Shown one piece after another: positions 1-9,767 of a stretch of DNA of 55,525 bases. A model generated the notes under the pieces. It ran no database searches. It was not told where the DNA came from and saw nothing but the letters and a program-made list of their open reading frames with translations. Position numbers and translations under genes: made by a program. The first letter of the stretch is position 1, and the number at the start of each line of letters is the position of its first letter. The stretch comes from Candidatus Rifleibacteriota bacterium (GTDB taxonomy: Bacteria > Muiribacteriota > UBA6191 > JACPRK01 > JACQZM01): the NCBI GenBank assembly GCA_016213885.1, contig JACQZM010000191.1:1-55525 (forward strand), in the 5' to 3' direction.

Positions 1-835
1 CCTGGTACAGATCCTTGATGACCTGCCGGTAGACCTCTCCGGGGAACGGCACGTTGTCGGCCAGCCAGATGTCCAGCGCCAGGAAGCTCTTCAGGTACGC
101 CGGGTCGTTGTGACGCTCGATCAGGGTGCGGAGCTTCTTCAAGGGCGCCGTCGGGACGATCCAGGGGAACGACATCCTGAAGAACGTGTCCGGGATGTTC
201 CCGAACGTGTTCACCAGCTTGTCAGCGTCGAAGTGACCCGGCCTGGACCACCAGCTCAGGATCCCCCGGTCCACGAAGTTCACCGGGGTGGTCATGGAGA
301 TGAAGCTGGTCACCGGGGCGTCGGCCCGGCTCGCCAGGTAGAGGGCCGACATGGTCCCGCCGAGGCAGTAGCCCAGGAGGTGGCACGTCCTGGCCGATGC
401 GGCTTTCAGGGTGCGCTTCACCACCCGGTCGAGGTAATGATCCAGGTAGTACTCGAGCTTGAGCTGACGCTGTCCCGGGTTGGGCATGCCCCAGTCCAGC
501 AGGAACACGTCGAACCGCTGCCGGCTCAGATACTCGGCCATGCTCTCGCCGGGCAGGAAGTCCATGATCCAGGAGCGGTTGACCAGCGAGGGCACCATGA
601 GCACCGGCTCGCCCCGTCGGGCCCCCTGCCCCCGGTACCGCCGCAGCGTCACCGAGTGCTCCCGGTAGATCTCGTCGGCCGGCGTGGTGCCGAGGAGCGA
701 GCGCACCTCCTCCCTGGTTCTCTCGATGCGGGGGAGGCTGGCCATGAAGCTGGCCATCTCGGAGTATCCCTGGGCCACCTTGTCCCACTCGATGCCGCCC
801 TCGATGAGGGCCGCAGGGTCCGTGGAGCTGGTCAT
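1..835 (-). CDS. phaC: Polyhydroxyalkanoate synthase catalytic subunit, class III/IV type (runs off the window edge)
   Basis: Not in the ORF track; translated by hand from ATG at 835: GTTPADEIYRE..., PVLMVPSLVNRSWIMDFLPGES, FDVFLLDWG, lipase-box HLLGYCLGG, FGNIP, WLADNVPFPGEVYRQVIKDLYQ. Start overlaps the upstream stop (ATGA). Confidence 0.93.
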   Translation of the reverse strand, partial: MTSSTDPAALIEGGIEWDKVAQGYSEMASFMASLPRIERTREEVRSLLGTTPADEIYREHSVTLRRYRGQGARRGEPVLMVPSLVNRSWIMDFLPGESMAEYLSRQRFDVFLLDWGMPNPGQRQLKLEYYLDHYLDRVVKRTLKAASARTCHLLGYCLGGTMSALYLASRADAPVTSFISMTTPVNFVDRGILSWWSRPGHFDADKLVNTFGNIPDTFFRMSFPWIVPTAPLKKLRTLIERHNDPAYLKSFLALDIWLADNVPFPGEVYRQVIKDLYQ

Positions 836-1290
836 CGCTTCCTCCTGACGTTCTTGCCGCGACGGTTCGTCGCGGATCGACCTGGAGCGGGCTTCCGCTT
901 CATGGCGCTTCTCGCCGGCGCCGTGGAGCGACCCGCCCGGGCCGTGCCCTCCGGGGCCCTGGCCGGCTCGGCCGGCCCGGCGGGGCCCGGCCTCGATGCG
1001 GCCCGGGACAGCTCCTCCACCTTCTCCTCGAGATCGATGATCCGGGTCTCCAGGCCGTTGAGCGTCACGAAGAGCGCCTCCATGTCCTTCCTGGTCACCA
1101 GGTTCATCCCCTTCAACAGCTCCTCGATGCGAGCGTCCAGCTGCGCCTTGGCGTCCAGCGACACCCCCATGGACTTGCTGAGGATCTGCATGAAGTCAGG
1201 GTCGCGCATGCGCTTGTCGAAGAACTCCGCGAGAGCCTTCTCGAACTGACCGAACAGACCGGCGTTGAACTCCAGCGGATTGAACCCCAT
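832..1290 (-). CDS. PHA synthase small subunit (PhaR class IV / PhaE-like) with basic Ala/Pro/Arg tail
   Basis: Translationally coupled to phaC; coiled-coil MNLVTRKDMEALFVTLNGLETRIIDLEEKVEEL resembles the C-terminal segment of PhaR/PhaE subunits; GGAG SD upstream. Confidence 0.65.
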   Translation of the reverse strand: MGFNPLEFNAGLFGQFEKALAEFFDKRMRDPDFMQILSKSMGVSLDAKAQLDARIEELLKGMNLVTRKDMEALFVTLNGLETRIIDLEEKVEELSRAASRPGPAGPAEPARAPEGTARAGRSTAPARSAMKRKPAPGRSATNRRGKNVRRKR

Positions 1291-1332
1291 CCTGGTCTCC
1301 TTTTCGCCACGGACCGTTGACGACGTGTGGAC

Positions 1333-1361
1333 ATTATAGATCCGGGGGCCCCGGCGACCAA
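1333..1361 (-). promoter_or_regulatory. Sigma70-type promoter for the pha pair
   Basis: Minus strand TTGGTC (1361-1356), 17-nt spacer, TATAAT (1338-1333), ~40 nt upstream of the ATG at 1290. Confidence 0.6.
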
Positions 1362-1395
1362 GGCCGACGCGAGGGCACCCGGGACGGCCCGGACG

Positions 1396-1701
1396 TCAGC
1401 GCTCCCGGCGCGAGGTTCCTGGAGCGCCCAGCGCGGCCCTGAGGCCGTTCGCCGAGGCGGCGCACCAGGCGCCCAGACAGCCCAGCCCCAGCACGGTCAG
1501 GTCGAGCTGCGTCCGAAAGAGGGTGCGACCGACCATGCCCATCACCGCGACGGCCTCCCGGGTCATCCGGTCCAGCTCCGACCTCGGGGTCTCCCACGCC
1601 TCCACGGTGTGCCGGCATCCGGCCGACGCATGGTGGATCAGCGTCTCCATCGTCTCGACAACGTCCCCCCGCTGTCTGCTCTCTTGTTCCGGGGCAGCCA
1701 T
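1396..1701 (-). CDS. Small hypothetical protein, possibly PHA-granule associated
   Basis: ATG at 1701 with AAGGGAG SD; 101 aa, helical/amphipathic, directly upstream of the pha genes. Confidence 0.45.
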   Translation of the reverse strand: MAAPEQESRQRGDVVETMETLIHHASAGCRHTVEAWETPRSELDRMTREAVAVMGMVGRTLFRTQLDLTVLGLGCLGAWCAASANGLRAALGAPGTSRRER

Positions 1702-1814
1702 CGGTTCGATCTCCCTTCGTCGATCGTCATTGTGCGACGCAACATAGGATAGACGATCGATCGGCTGGAAGTCAACAGCCTGTTGTGCGCTGCGACAAGG
1801 AACGGGGCCGGGCG

Positions 1815-3116
1815 CTAGCCGTCCCGCTGCAACAGCTGGAGGACCTCGCCCGTCCCGGAGGGGGCCACGCGGACGGCACAGAAGACCGGGGGACGGTGGA
1901 CCAGGAAGATCCAGTCGCACCCCCTGAGCGACAGCTCCGCCAGGATCTTCCCTTCGAACCTGGGCGGTAGCGTCATGGAACGTTCCACCAGCTCCAAGGC
2001 GGCCCTCCTGAGGCCGGCGTGAGTCGTGGGCCCCGGGTGGAACACGTCCGACGGCGTCGGCCGGCCCGGGCCTCGATTGAGCACCAGGAACCGGCCGGCC
2101 AGGTGGGCCCGGACCTCCCGGCTCGTCTTCGCTGTCGCCAGAGCCCGCCGGGTCGTGGTCAGGACCTCGTCCTGGAGCTCTCGCCACTCCCTGATCCGGT
2201 GGCCGGGGTCGAGGAGACGCTCCTCCAGCGAGAGCACCCGGACATCGTCGGCCCGTACCCACCCCTGCCGGGCGGCATCGTTCCCCATGGGGGACCTGGC
2301 CACGCGATACCATCCGGTTCCCGCACCCAGGATGACCAGCGGCTCGCCGGTCCGCAGGGTGCCGGAGGGCCTCACGCCGGGGCTATCCACCAGCGGCCTG
2401 TCGTGGATCGGGCGCTTCCCGGTCAGCGCCAGGGCGTCGATCGACCAGAGACGCCCGACGCTGCCGGGCGCCCAGTCGACCAGGGAGAACCCCTCGTCCA
2501 GCCGGATCTCGGCTGCGACCAGCGGCGCCCTGAGGGCGAGCCCCACGCCGGGCTGGACCACGTCGATCTGCCTGAACGGGCCCCCGGACGCGGCCCGGGC
2601 CGCCGGCCCCAGCTGTCGGCACAGGACCGCCCCGGTGACCGGCCGCTCCCCGTCGGCACCGTCGGCCACGCGTACCGTCGCCTCGCTCTCCAGCACACCG
2701 ACCCTGTAGTCCCGCCCCTTCTGGAGCGTTCCCTTGGTGCGGTCCGCCGGGATGTGGAGCGACGGCCACCAGAGCTCCGTGCTCCTGGCCGAGCCGGGCG
2801 CCGGGTGGATCCCCTGGGCGTCGGATCGCAGCTCTTCGAACGAGATCGCAGGGTCGCGTCCGAACCACCACGAGACCCGCTTGAGCCGGATGTCGTGGCG
2901 ATCCGGTCGACGGTCCACCCGGTCGACGATCCAGATCTCGTTCCGGTCGGCCCCGCAGTAGTGCCACCAGGAGCCGGGTACCAGCAGCGGCTCGGCCACC
3001 GGCTCGGCCCCGACTCCCGCGACGCACGCCAGAAGGACCAGCAACGCTGCGACCCGCGACGGGCCGCGGCCCGGCCGACCCCGCCAGCTCATGGTTCGAT
3101 CCTCCGTGTCGGACAT
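1815..3116 (-). CDS. Exported protein with a bacterial SH3-like domain
   Basis: Signal peptide VAALLVLLACVAGVGA; SH3b-like segment GTLRTGEPLVILGAGTGWYRV...QGWVRADDV. Confidence 0.6.
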   Translation of the reverse strand: MSDTEDRTMSWRGRPGRGPSRVAALLVLLACVAGVGAEPVAEPLLVPGSWWHYCGADRNEIWIVDRVDRRPDRHDIRLKRVSWWFGRDPAISFEELRSDAQGIHPAPGSARSTELWWPSLHIPADRTKGTLQKGRDYRVGVLESEATVRVADGADGERPVTGAVLCRQLGPAARAASGGPFRQIDVVQPGVGLALRAPLVAAEIRLDEGFSLVDWAPGSVGRLWSIDALALTGKRPIHDRPLVDSPGVRPSGTLRTGEPLVILGAGTGWYRVARSPMGNDAARQGWVRADDVRVLSLEERLLDPGHRIREWRELQDEVLTTTRRALATAKTSREVRAHLAGRFLVLNRGPGRPTPSDVFHPGPTTHAGLRRAALELVERSMTLPPRFEGKILAELSLRGCDWIFLVHRPPVFCAVRVAPSGTGEVLQLLQRDG

Positions 3117-3301
3117 GAATCATGTCGGCACGGCCCGACCTCGTGGCCACTGCCCCGGACCTGGGTCGGATGGCGGAGCGCCGGTCGTTGAAGTAAGGTA
3201 GTAGAGGGGCGCTGCGACCCGGGCTGCGACCCCGACGACGTCGCGACCGGCGGCGCTGTCGATCGCAGCGGGGTGTCCATCCCGACCACGACGAGGACGG
3301 C

Positions 3302-6300
3302 ATGAGGACGCTGGATGGCTGTTCGGCGACGACTCGGCGGCCCGGCCCGGCTGGCGAGCGTCTCGCGAAGGCGGCGGCGTTCGCCGCGCTCGCCGCGTTC
3401 GCCGCCCTGGCGATCGCCGGCTGCGGCACCGGACCGGGGAGCAGCGGGGGAGCGTCGGGAGGCGGCGGCGATCCGTCCGGACCGCTCAAGATCACCTCGT
3501 TCTCCCCGACGCTGGGGCCGATGACCGGCGGCACCCTGCTCAGGTTCGAGGGGTCGGGGTTCGTCGGGTCCATGGCGGTCACCGTGGGCGGCGTGGCCAC
3601 CACGGACCTCCAGGTCCTCTCCAGCGTCCTCATGACCTGCATCACCCCCGCGACGAGCGAGCCCGGCGAACGCGACGTCGTGGTGACCTCGAGCCTGACC
3701 GGCGCGGTCTCCCTGCCCCGGGCGTTCGCCTACGGTCCCGGAGCCAGGGCCTCGGCGGTCAGCCCGTCCAGCGGCCCGCTGGCCGGGGGAACGCCGATCA
3801 CGATCGGCGGAAGCGCCTTCGAGGGCTCGATCACCGTGATGATCGACGGGATCGCCGTCGTCGGCCCCTGGGTGAACGGCGCGAAGAACCAGATCACCTG
3901 CCTGACCCCTCCGGGCGTCTCGACCGGTCCCAAGGACGTGACCGTGGTCTCCTCGACGAACGGCACTTTCAGCATGGCCGGCGCCTTCACGTACAACCCG
4001 CTGCCCACCATCGGGAGCGTGACCCCGGGATCGGGCCTCCTCGTGGGTGGTACCCCGATCACCATCGACGGCACCGGCTTCGGCGGGGTCGTCCTGGTCA
4101 CGGTCGGTGGGGTTCCCGCGCCGGACGTGGCCGTGGACCAGACGAGGACCCGGATCCAGTGCCGGACGCCGCCGGGGGAGGCGCCCGGGGCCGGGGACGT
4201 GACGGTCGGCTCGTCGACCCACGGCTCATGCACGCTCACCGACGGTTTCTCGTACAACCCGCTGCCGTCGATCACGGCGGTGTCGCCCGCGAGCGGGCCG
4301 CTGATCGGCGGGACATCCATCGCCCTCGACGGGGCCAACTACGGCGGCACCGTCTCGGTGACCGTGGGCAGCCGCGCCGCCGCCAACGTGGCGGTGAACG
4401 GCGCCGAGACCCGGATCACCTGCGACACCCCGGCCGGCGACTCCGCGGGCCCCAAGGACGTGACGGTCCACTCGTCGGTGAATGGGGTCTTTACCTACCC
4501 GAGCGGTTTCTCGTACAATCCGGCGCTCTCCGTGAGCGCCGTGTGGCCCACCAGCGGCCCGCTGGCCGGCGGCAACATCGTCATCATCCAGGGCGCCAAC
4601 TTCGAGTCGATCACGTCGGTCACCCTGGGCGGCGCGCCGGTCACGGGCGACCAGATCGATGCCACCAGGACCAGGATCACCGGCTGGGCCCCGGCCGGGG
4701 CGCTCGGCCAGGCCACCGTGGCCGTGGCCTCGGCGACCCACGGCTCGGCGACCCTCGTGAACGGCTACACGTACAACCCGGCGCCCTCGATCGGCGTCGT
4801 GACCCCTGGCAGCGGGCCGCTGATCGGCGGCACACCGATCGCCATCGACGGCTCGAACTTCTGGGGGACCGTGTCGGTGACCATCGACAGCGTCGCCGCG
4901 ACCGGCGTGACCGTGAACGCCACCGGCACCCGCGTCACCTGCGCGACGCCGCCGGGCGTCGCCGCCGGCTTGGTGGACGTGATCGTCGACTCCTCGAGCC
5001 ACGGCAGGTACACCTTGACCGACGGCTTCGAGTACAACGCCGCGGTGACGATCGCCAGCGTCACGCCGCCCAGCGGACCGCTGGTCGGCGGCACGCCGCT
5101 CTCGATCGCCGGGACCAACTTCGAGGGGGCGGTCACGGTCACGATCGGCGGCAAGGCGCCGTCCAGCTTCGCCGTCGACGGCGCCAGGACCCACATCACC
5201 TGCCCGGCGCCGTTCGGAAACGCCGCGGGCCCCGTGGACGTCGCCGTGAACTCGTCCACCCACGGGCCGGCCACCCTGGCCGGAGGCTACAGGTACAACC
5301 CCGCGCCCACGATCCTCGCGGTCACGCCGTCCACGGGGCCGCTGGCCGGAGGCACCGCGATCGCCATCGACGGCGCCGGCTTCGAGCCCACCATGACCGT
5401 CACCATCGGCAGCACCGCCGTGGCGGGCGTCTCGGTCAACACCTCAGGGACCCAGGCCACGTGCAGCACGCCGCCGGGGTCGACGGCCGGGCCGGTGAAC
5501 GTGGCGGTCCATTCGACGCTGAACGGGTCGGCGATCCTGGTCGACGGTTTCGCGTACAACCCGCTGGCGATCACCGGCGTCACCCCCGGGTCGGGGCCGG
5601 TCACCGGAGGCACCGAGCTCACCATCGACGGCCAGGGGTTCGAGGGCACGGTGAACGTGACGATCGGCACCCGGGCCGCCACGGACCTGTGGATCAGCAC
5701 GCTCTACGACAGGATCGTCTGCAAGGCGCCGGCCACCACGGCGGCCGGAACCGTGTCGGTGACCGTGACGTCGTCCACGTGGGGCCAGGTGGCCAGACCC
5801 GCGGCGTTCACCTACACCGTCGTGGACCCGTGGCCCTCCTTCGCGGCGATGGTCGGGTTCGCTTCGGGAACCGGTCCCCGATCGATCGCCGTGGCCGACT
5901 TCAACGGGGACTTCGTGCCCGACCTGGCCGCGGCCAACTCCCTTGCGAGCACGGTCTCGGTCTTCAGGAACAGGACCAGGCTGGCGATCGTGCCGCCTCG
6001 ATTCGACGGGGCGCAGAATTACGGCGTGGACCTGGAGCCGTGGTGCGTGGCGTCCGGAGATTTCGACCTGGACGGCCGGCCCGACCTCGCCACGGCCAGC
6101 TTCATCTCCGGCACGGTCTCGGTGCTGCTGAACCGCACCGCCCCGGGCGCCACGACGTTCACGTTCACCGGGGCCGTGGACACCCCCACCGGAGGCACGG
6201 CGCTGGGCTCCATGGCCGCGGCGGACCTGAACGCCGACGGCAGGCCGGACCTGGCCGTGGCCGACGCCGGGGCCGGGAGCTTCCGGGTGCTCGTGAACAC

Positions 6301-8146
6301 CACGCCGCCCGGCGGCTCGACCCCCTCGTTCGCCCCGTTCGCGGTCTCCACCGGCTCCACGACCCAGACGGCGCTGGTCGTCGAGGACCTGAACCGGGAC
6401 GGGAAGCCCGACGTCGTCCTGGTGCAGACCGGGGCGAACGCGGTGCGGGTCTACCTGAACACCACCGTTCCAGGGAGCGCCGCCGTCACCTTCGCAGCCC
6501 CGATCGCCGTCTCGACCGGCCCGCTGCCCTCGGCCGTGGCCGCCACCGACCTCAACGGGGACGGGGCGCTCGATCTGGCCGTGACCCATGGGGGCAACGG
6601 CACCGTGGGCGTGTGCCTGGCGACGCTCTTGCCCGGGTCGGTCTCCGTGACGTTCGCCGCCCGGGTCGATGTCGCCGTGGGCGCGGGCCCGGTCTCGATC
6701 GCGAGCGGGGACGCCAACCACGACGGGAGGCGCGACCTCGTGATCGCCAACAGCACCGACAGCTCCGTCTCGGTGCTGGTGAACGTGACCCCGATCGGGT
6801 CGACGGTGCCGGTCTTCCTGGACCGTCAACCCGACCTGGCCGTGGGCACCGACCCCCGGGCCGTGGCCCTCTTCGATATCACCGGGGACTTCAAGCCGGA
6901 CATCCTGGTGGCCAACGCCGGCTCGAACACGATCGGCGTCCTGGAGAGCTCCCTGGTGCTCCCGTCGCCGGCTCCCTCGTTCCGGACCGTGCTGGAGTTC
7001 TCCACCGGCCCCGCGCCCCGGGCGATGGCGGCGGCCGATCTGAACGGCGACGGCAGGGTGGACCTCGTGTCGGCCAACAGCTCCGCCTGCACCGTGTCGG
7101 TGCTGCTCAACACCACCGCCCCTGGCGCCACGGTCCCGTCGCTGGCGCCCCGGGTGGACCTGCCGGTGGCCTGCTTCCCATGGGCCGTGACGGTCGCCGA
7201 CCTGGACCTGGACGGCAAGCCTGACCTGGCCGCCGCCGGCGCCTCCGAGACCGACCCCGGCGTGGGCCTGGTGAGCGTCCTGACCAACCGCACCACCGCC
7301 GGCTCACCGACGCCGGCGTTCACCAGGTCTTCCGGCACCGACCTGATCTGCGGCCCGGGACCGACCGGCGTCGCCGCCGGCGATCTGAACGGGGACGGCA
7401 AGCCCGACCTGGTGGTGTCTCACCGGATCTCGGCCACGGATCAAGACCCGGCCTGCGCCAGCTGCTTCATCGCGGTGCTGATGAACACGACCCCGGCGCT
7501 GCCCGCGGCGCCGACGTTCAACACGACCAAGGTGGACCTCGACGTGGGCGACCCGGCGCTGCCGCCCTGGTCGCTGGTGCTCAAGGACATGCGGGGCCAC
7601 GGGATCCCGGATCTCACCATCGGTTTCGCCGGCGGGGTCAGGGTGTTCCACAACACCACCGTCACCGGCGATCCGACGCCCACGTTCTCGGCCACGGCCC
7701 CCACGACGCGGACCGACGCGACGGAGGTGTCCGGGATCGCCGACCTGAACGGGGACTGGAGGCCCGACCTCGTCCTGGCCACGGGCACGCCGCCGATCGC
7801 AACCGACGTGACGCCGCTTCTCATGACCGATCCGGTGTCGGCGACCTTCTCGGTCCAGACCGCCGCGGCGGCCGGCAGCGCCCAGGGGATCGCGGCCGCG
7901 GACCTGAACCGCGACGGCATCCCGGACCTCGCCACCGGGAACTTCCACGAGAACGCCGCGTCGGTCCTGGTGAACCAGACCGTGCCCGGGAGCGCCGCGA
8001 CCAGCCTGGCGCCCAAGGTGGACGTGTCCTCCGGCATCGGCCCCACGGCGGTCCTGTTCGCCGACTTCAACGGCGACGGCAAGCCAGACATGATCGTCTT
8101 GAACCGGACGTCCAACACCGTGTCGGTGTACCTGAACGCCCGGTGA
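3302..8146 (+). CDS. Large surface lipoprotein with 9 IPT/TIG domains and 14 FG-GAP/VCBS repeats
   Basis: Lipobox IAGC; nine repeats starting (I/V)xx(V/F)xPxxGxxxGG(T/N) and ending F/YxY; fourteen DxxxDGxxD-type motifs (ADFNGDFVPD ... ADFNGDGKPD). Confidence 0.9.
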   Translation: MRTLDGCSATTRRPGPAGERLAKAAAFAALAAFAALAIAGCGTGPGSSGGASGGGGDPSGPLKITSFSPTLGPMTGGTLLRFEGSGFVGSMAVTVGGVATTDLQVLSSVLMTCITPATSEPGERDVVVTSSLTGAVSLPRAFAYGPGARASAVSPSSGPLAGGTPITIGGSAFEGSITVMIDGIAVVGPWVNGAKNQITCLTPPGVSTGPKDVTVVSSTNGTFSMAGAFTYNPLPTIGSVTPGSGLLVGGTPITIDGTGFGGVVLVTVGGVPAPDVAVDQTRTRIQCRTPPGEAPGAGDVTVGSSTHGSCTLTDGFSYNPLPSITAVSPASGPLIGGTSIALDGANYGGTVSVTVGSRAAANVAVNGAETRITCDTPAGDSAGPKDVTVHSSVNGVFTYPSGFSYNPALSVSAVWPTSGPLAGGNIVIIQGANFESITSVTLGGAPVTGDQIDATRTRITGWAPAGALGQATVAVASATHGSATLVNGYTYNPAPSIGVVTPGSGPLIGGTPIAIDGSNFWGTVSVTIDSVAATGVTVNATGTRVTCATPPGVAAGLVDVIVDSSSHGRYTLTDGFEYNAAVTIASVTPPSGPLVGGTPLSIAGTNFEGAVTVTIGGKAPSSFAVDGARTHITCPAPFGNAAGPVDVAVNSSTHGPATLAGGYRYNPAPTILAVTPSTGPLAGGTAIAIDGAGFEPTMTVTIGSTAVAGVSVNTSGTQATCSTPPGSTAGPVNVAVHSTLNGSAILVDGFAYNPLAITGVTPGSGPVTGGTELTIDGQGFEGTVNVTIGTRAATDLWISTLYDRIVCKAPATTAAGTVSVTVTSSTWGQVARPAAFTYTVVDPWPSFAAMVGFASGTGPRSIAVADFNGDFVPDLAAANSLASTVSVFRNRTRLAIVPPRFDGAQNYGVDLEPWCVASGDFDLDGRPDLATASFISGTVSVLLNRTAPGATTFTFTGAVDTPTGGTALGSMAAADLNADGRPDLAVADAGAGSFRVLVNTTPPGGSTPSFAPFAVSTGSTTQTALVVEDLNRDGKPDVVLVQTGANAVRVYLNTTVPGSAAVTFAAPIAVSTGPLPSAVAATDLNGDGALDLAVTHGGNGTVGVCLATLLPGSVSVTFAARVDVAVGAGPVSIASGDANHDGRRDLVIANSTDSSVSVLVNVTPIGSTVPVFLDRQPDLAVGTDPRAVALFDITGDFKPDILVANAGSNTIGVLESSLVLPSPAPSFRTVLEFSTGPAPRAMAAADLNGDGRVDLVSANSSACTVSVLLNTTAPGATVPSLAPRVDLPVACFPWAVTVADLDLDGKPDLAAAGASETDPGVGLVSVLTNRTTAGSPTPAFTRSSGTDLICGPGPTGVAAGDLNGDGKPDLVVSHRISATDQDPACASCFIAVLMNTTPALPAAPTFNTTKVDLDVGDPALPPWSLVLKDMRGHGIPDLTIGFAGGVRVFHNTTVTGDPTPTFSATAPTTRTDATEVSGIADLNGDWRPDLVLATGTPPIATDVTPLLMTDPVSATFSVQTAAAAGSAQGIAAADLNRDGIPDLATGNFHENAASVLVNQTVPGSAATSLAPKVDVSSGIGPTAVLFADFNGDGKPDMIVLNRTSNTVSVYLNAR

Positions 8147-8210
8147 CCGGGGCTTGCACCACGGTCGAGGGGACAACGCCCCTATCCAGCGGACGCGGCT
8201 GGTGCCGTTC

Positions 8211-8864
8211 TCAGCGGGCCAGAACCGAGATGAGCTTCACGAGGCACCCGGCGACGACGATCCCCCAGAGCAACGGCTGCGGGTGCGACGTCTCGCCCTC
8301 CTTGCGGAACAGCCGGGTGAACCGCTCGCCCAGCAGGCCGCCCAGGGTGATGAACAGGAGTCCCGGCACCACCGACTGATCGAGGCACCGGAGGAACGAG
8401 AACGGCCAGCAGGGCCGGAGCACACGGTAGAGCAGCCAGAGGGAGGAGAGGAGGGCGCCGGCCACGGCGGCGACCCCGGCGCCCCGGCGGCCGAAAGGCA
8501 CCGCCGCCAGGAAGCCGGTCAGCAGCAGCACGCCGTAGAACGAGGCAGCGCCGAAGGGCAAGTACGGGTACGAACCGAGCCGGGCCGGGATGTCGTGGAC
8601 CAGGAAGTACGCTACCGACGCCAGGGCGCCCTCGTAGAGCAGCCGGAACCTCAGGCCCCGGTCGAAGGCGTACAGGATCGTCAGGCCGGTCCACCAGAGC
8701 GGGAGGATCAGCAGCGTCAGGACGCTGCGGCCGAACCCCCCGGGATAGAACAGCTTCCACCCGAGGACCAGCCCGGTCCACCACAGGACCAGGACCGTGA
8801 GGGAGATGGACAGCCACAGGGTTCGTCGCTCCAGGACGCTGCCGGACGGGGTCGTGCCGTTCAT
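8211..8864 (-). CDS. Multi-pass membrane protein of unknown function
   Basis: ATG at 8864 with GGAGG SD; about 6-7 hydrophobic segments. Confidence 0.7.
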   Translation of the reverse strand: MNGTTPSGSVLERRTLWLSISLTVLVLWWTGLVLGWKLFYPGGFGRSVLTLLILPLWWTGLTILYAFDRGLRFRLLYEGALASVAYFLVHDIPARLGSYPYLPFGAASFYGVLLLTGFLAAVPFGRRGAGVAAVAGALLSSLWLLYRVLRPCWPFSFLRCLDQSVVPGLLFITLGGLLGERFTRLFRKEGETSHPQPLLWGIVVAGCLVKLISVLAR

Positions 8865-9039
8865 TCGGATCGCCTCCTCAACATGTAATGTGTAGGCGCG
8901 GCCGGGGGCGGCGGCCAGGTCTTCGAGCGAAACCGTGCGATCGGAGCCCTGAATGACACGTCGTGGTGCTAATCCCCGCCGGGGTTCTCTCCGACATGAA
9001 GGCATGAGCGCGCCCTGCTGGGCCGCGGTCGGGAGAATC

Positions 9040-9582
9040 ATGCTGAAGAGACTGGTCGGCACCTCGATCCTGGTCGTCGTCCTGTGCGCCCCGGGCCTGG
9101 CCAGACCGCGCGGCGGCGACCTGAGGCTCGCGGACGTGCCAGGGGACCACTGGGCGGTGGACCACATCCGCCGGGTCACCGCCGCGGGGCTCATGCAGAC
9201 CTACGACGGCAAGTTCCTGGGCAACACCTCTTTGACCCGCTACCAGACCGCCCAGATGCTCTCCCGGCTCATGGACCGGATGGGGAACCAGCCGATCGAC
9301 CGCAACACCGGCGGCCCGTCGAGCGAGATCACGATCCAGCTGGCCGACGAGGTCGCCAGCCTCAACGTGGCCCACTCCAACCTGGAGGAGAAGGTCGTGC
9401 AGCTCCGCCACGACCTGGAGGCTGTCCGGGAGGGGAACGGCGGAGGCGGCCACCACGGCGGACCGCCGCCGCCCCGGATCACCCCCGACGAATGGAACGA
9501 GCGGCTCCGCACCCAGGCCCCCGCGGCGTTCGCAGCGCTGCTGCTGTTCGCGTCGGCGGGCTTCGTGAAGACGTTCAAGTAG
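9040..9582 (+). CDS. SLH-domain / coiled-coil protein with C-terminal hydrophobic anchor (Omp-alpha-like)
   Basis: Signal peptide; SLH motif ADVPGDHWAVDHI...GLMQTYDGKFLGNTSLTRYQTA; coiled coil IQLADEVASLNVAHSNLEEKV; C-terminal AAFAALLLFASAGFV. Confidence 0.8.
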   Translation: MLKRLVGTSILVVVLCAPGLARPRGGDLRLADVPGDHWAVDHIRRVTAAGLMQTYDGKFLGNTSLTRYQTAQMLSRLMDRMGNQPIDRNTGGPSSEITIQLADEVASLNVAHSNLEEKVVQLRHDLEAVREGNGGGGHHGGPPPPRITPDEWNERLRTQAPAAFAALLLFASAGFVKTFK

Positions 9583-9767
9583 CCCTGCGACCGAGGGGCC
9601 GGTTCGCCTCGCGCGTCCAGAGAGCTCGTCTTTGGGCGTCGCGAGAATCTCTGGCCCCAAGATCCGGATCTGCTCCCCCTCCCCGCGGCTGCCGGGCCAC
9701 GGCTCCAGCGCCACGCCACCGTTCGGTCCGATCGTGATCGCCCGGGCACATCGTGGTCGGGGCGGGT

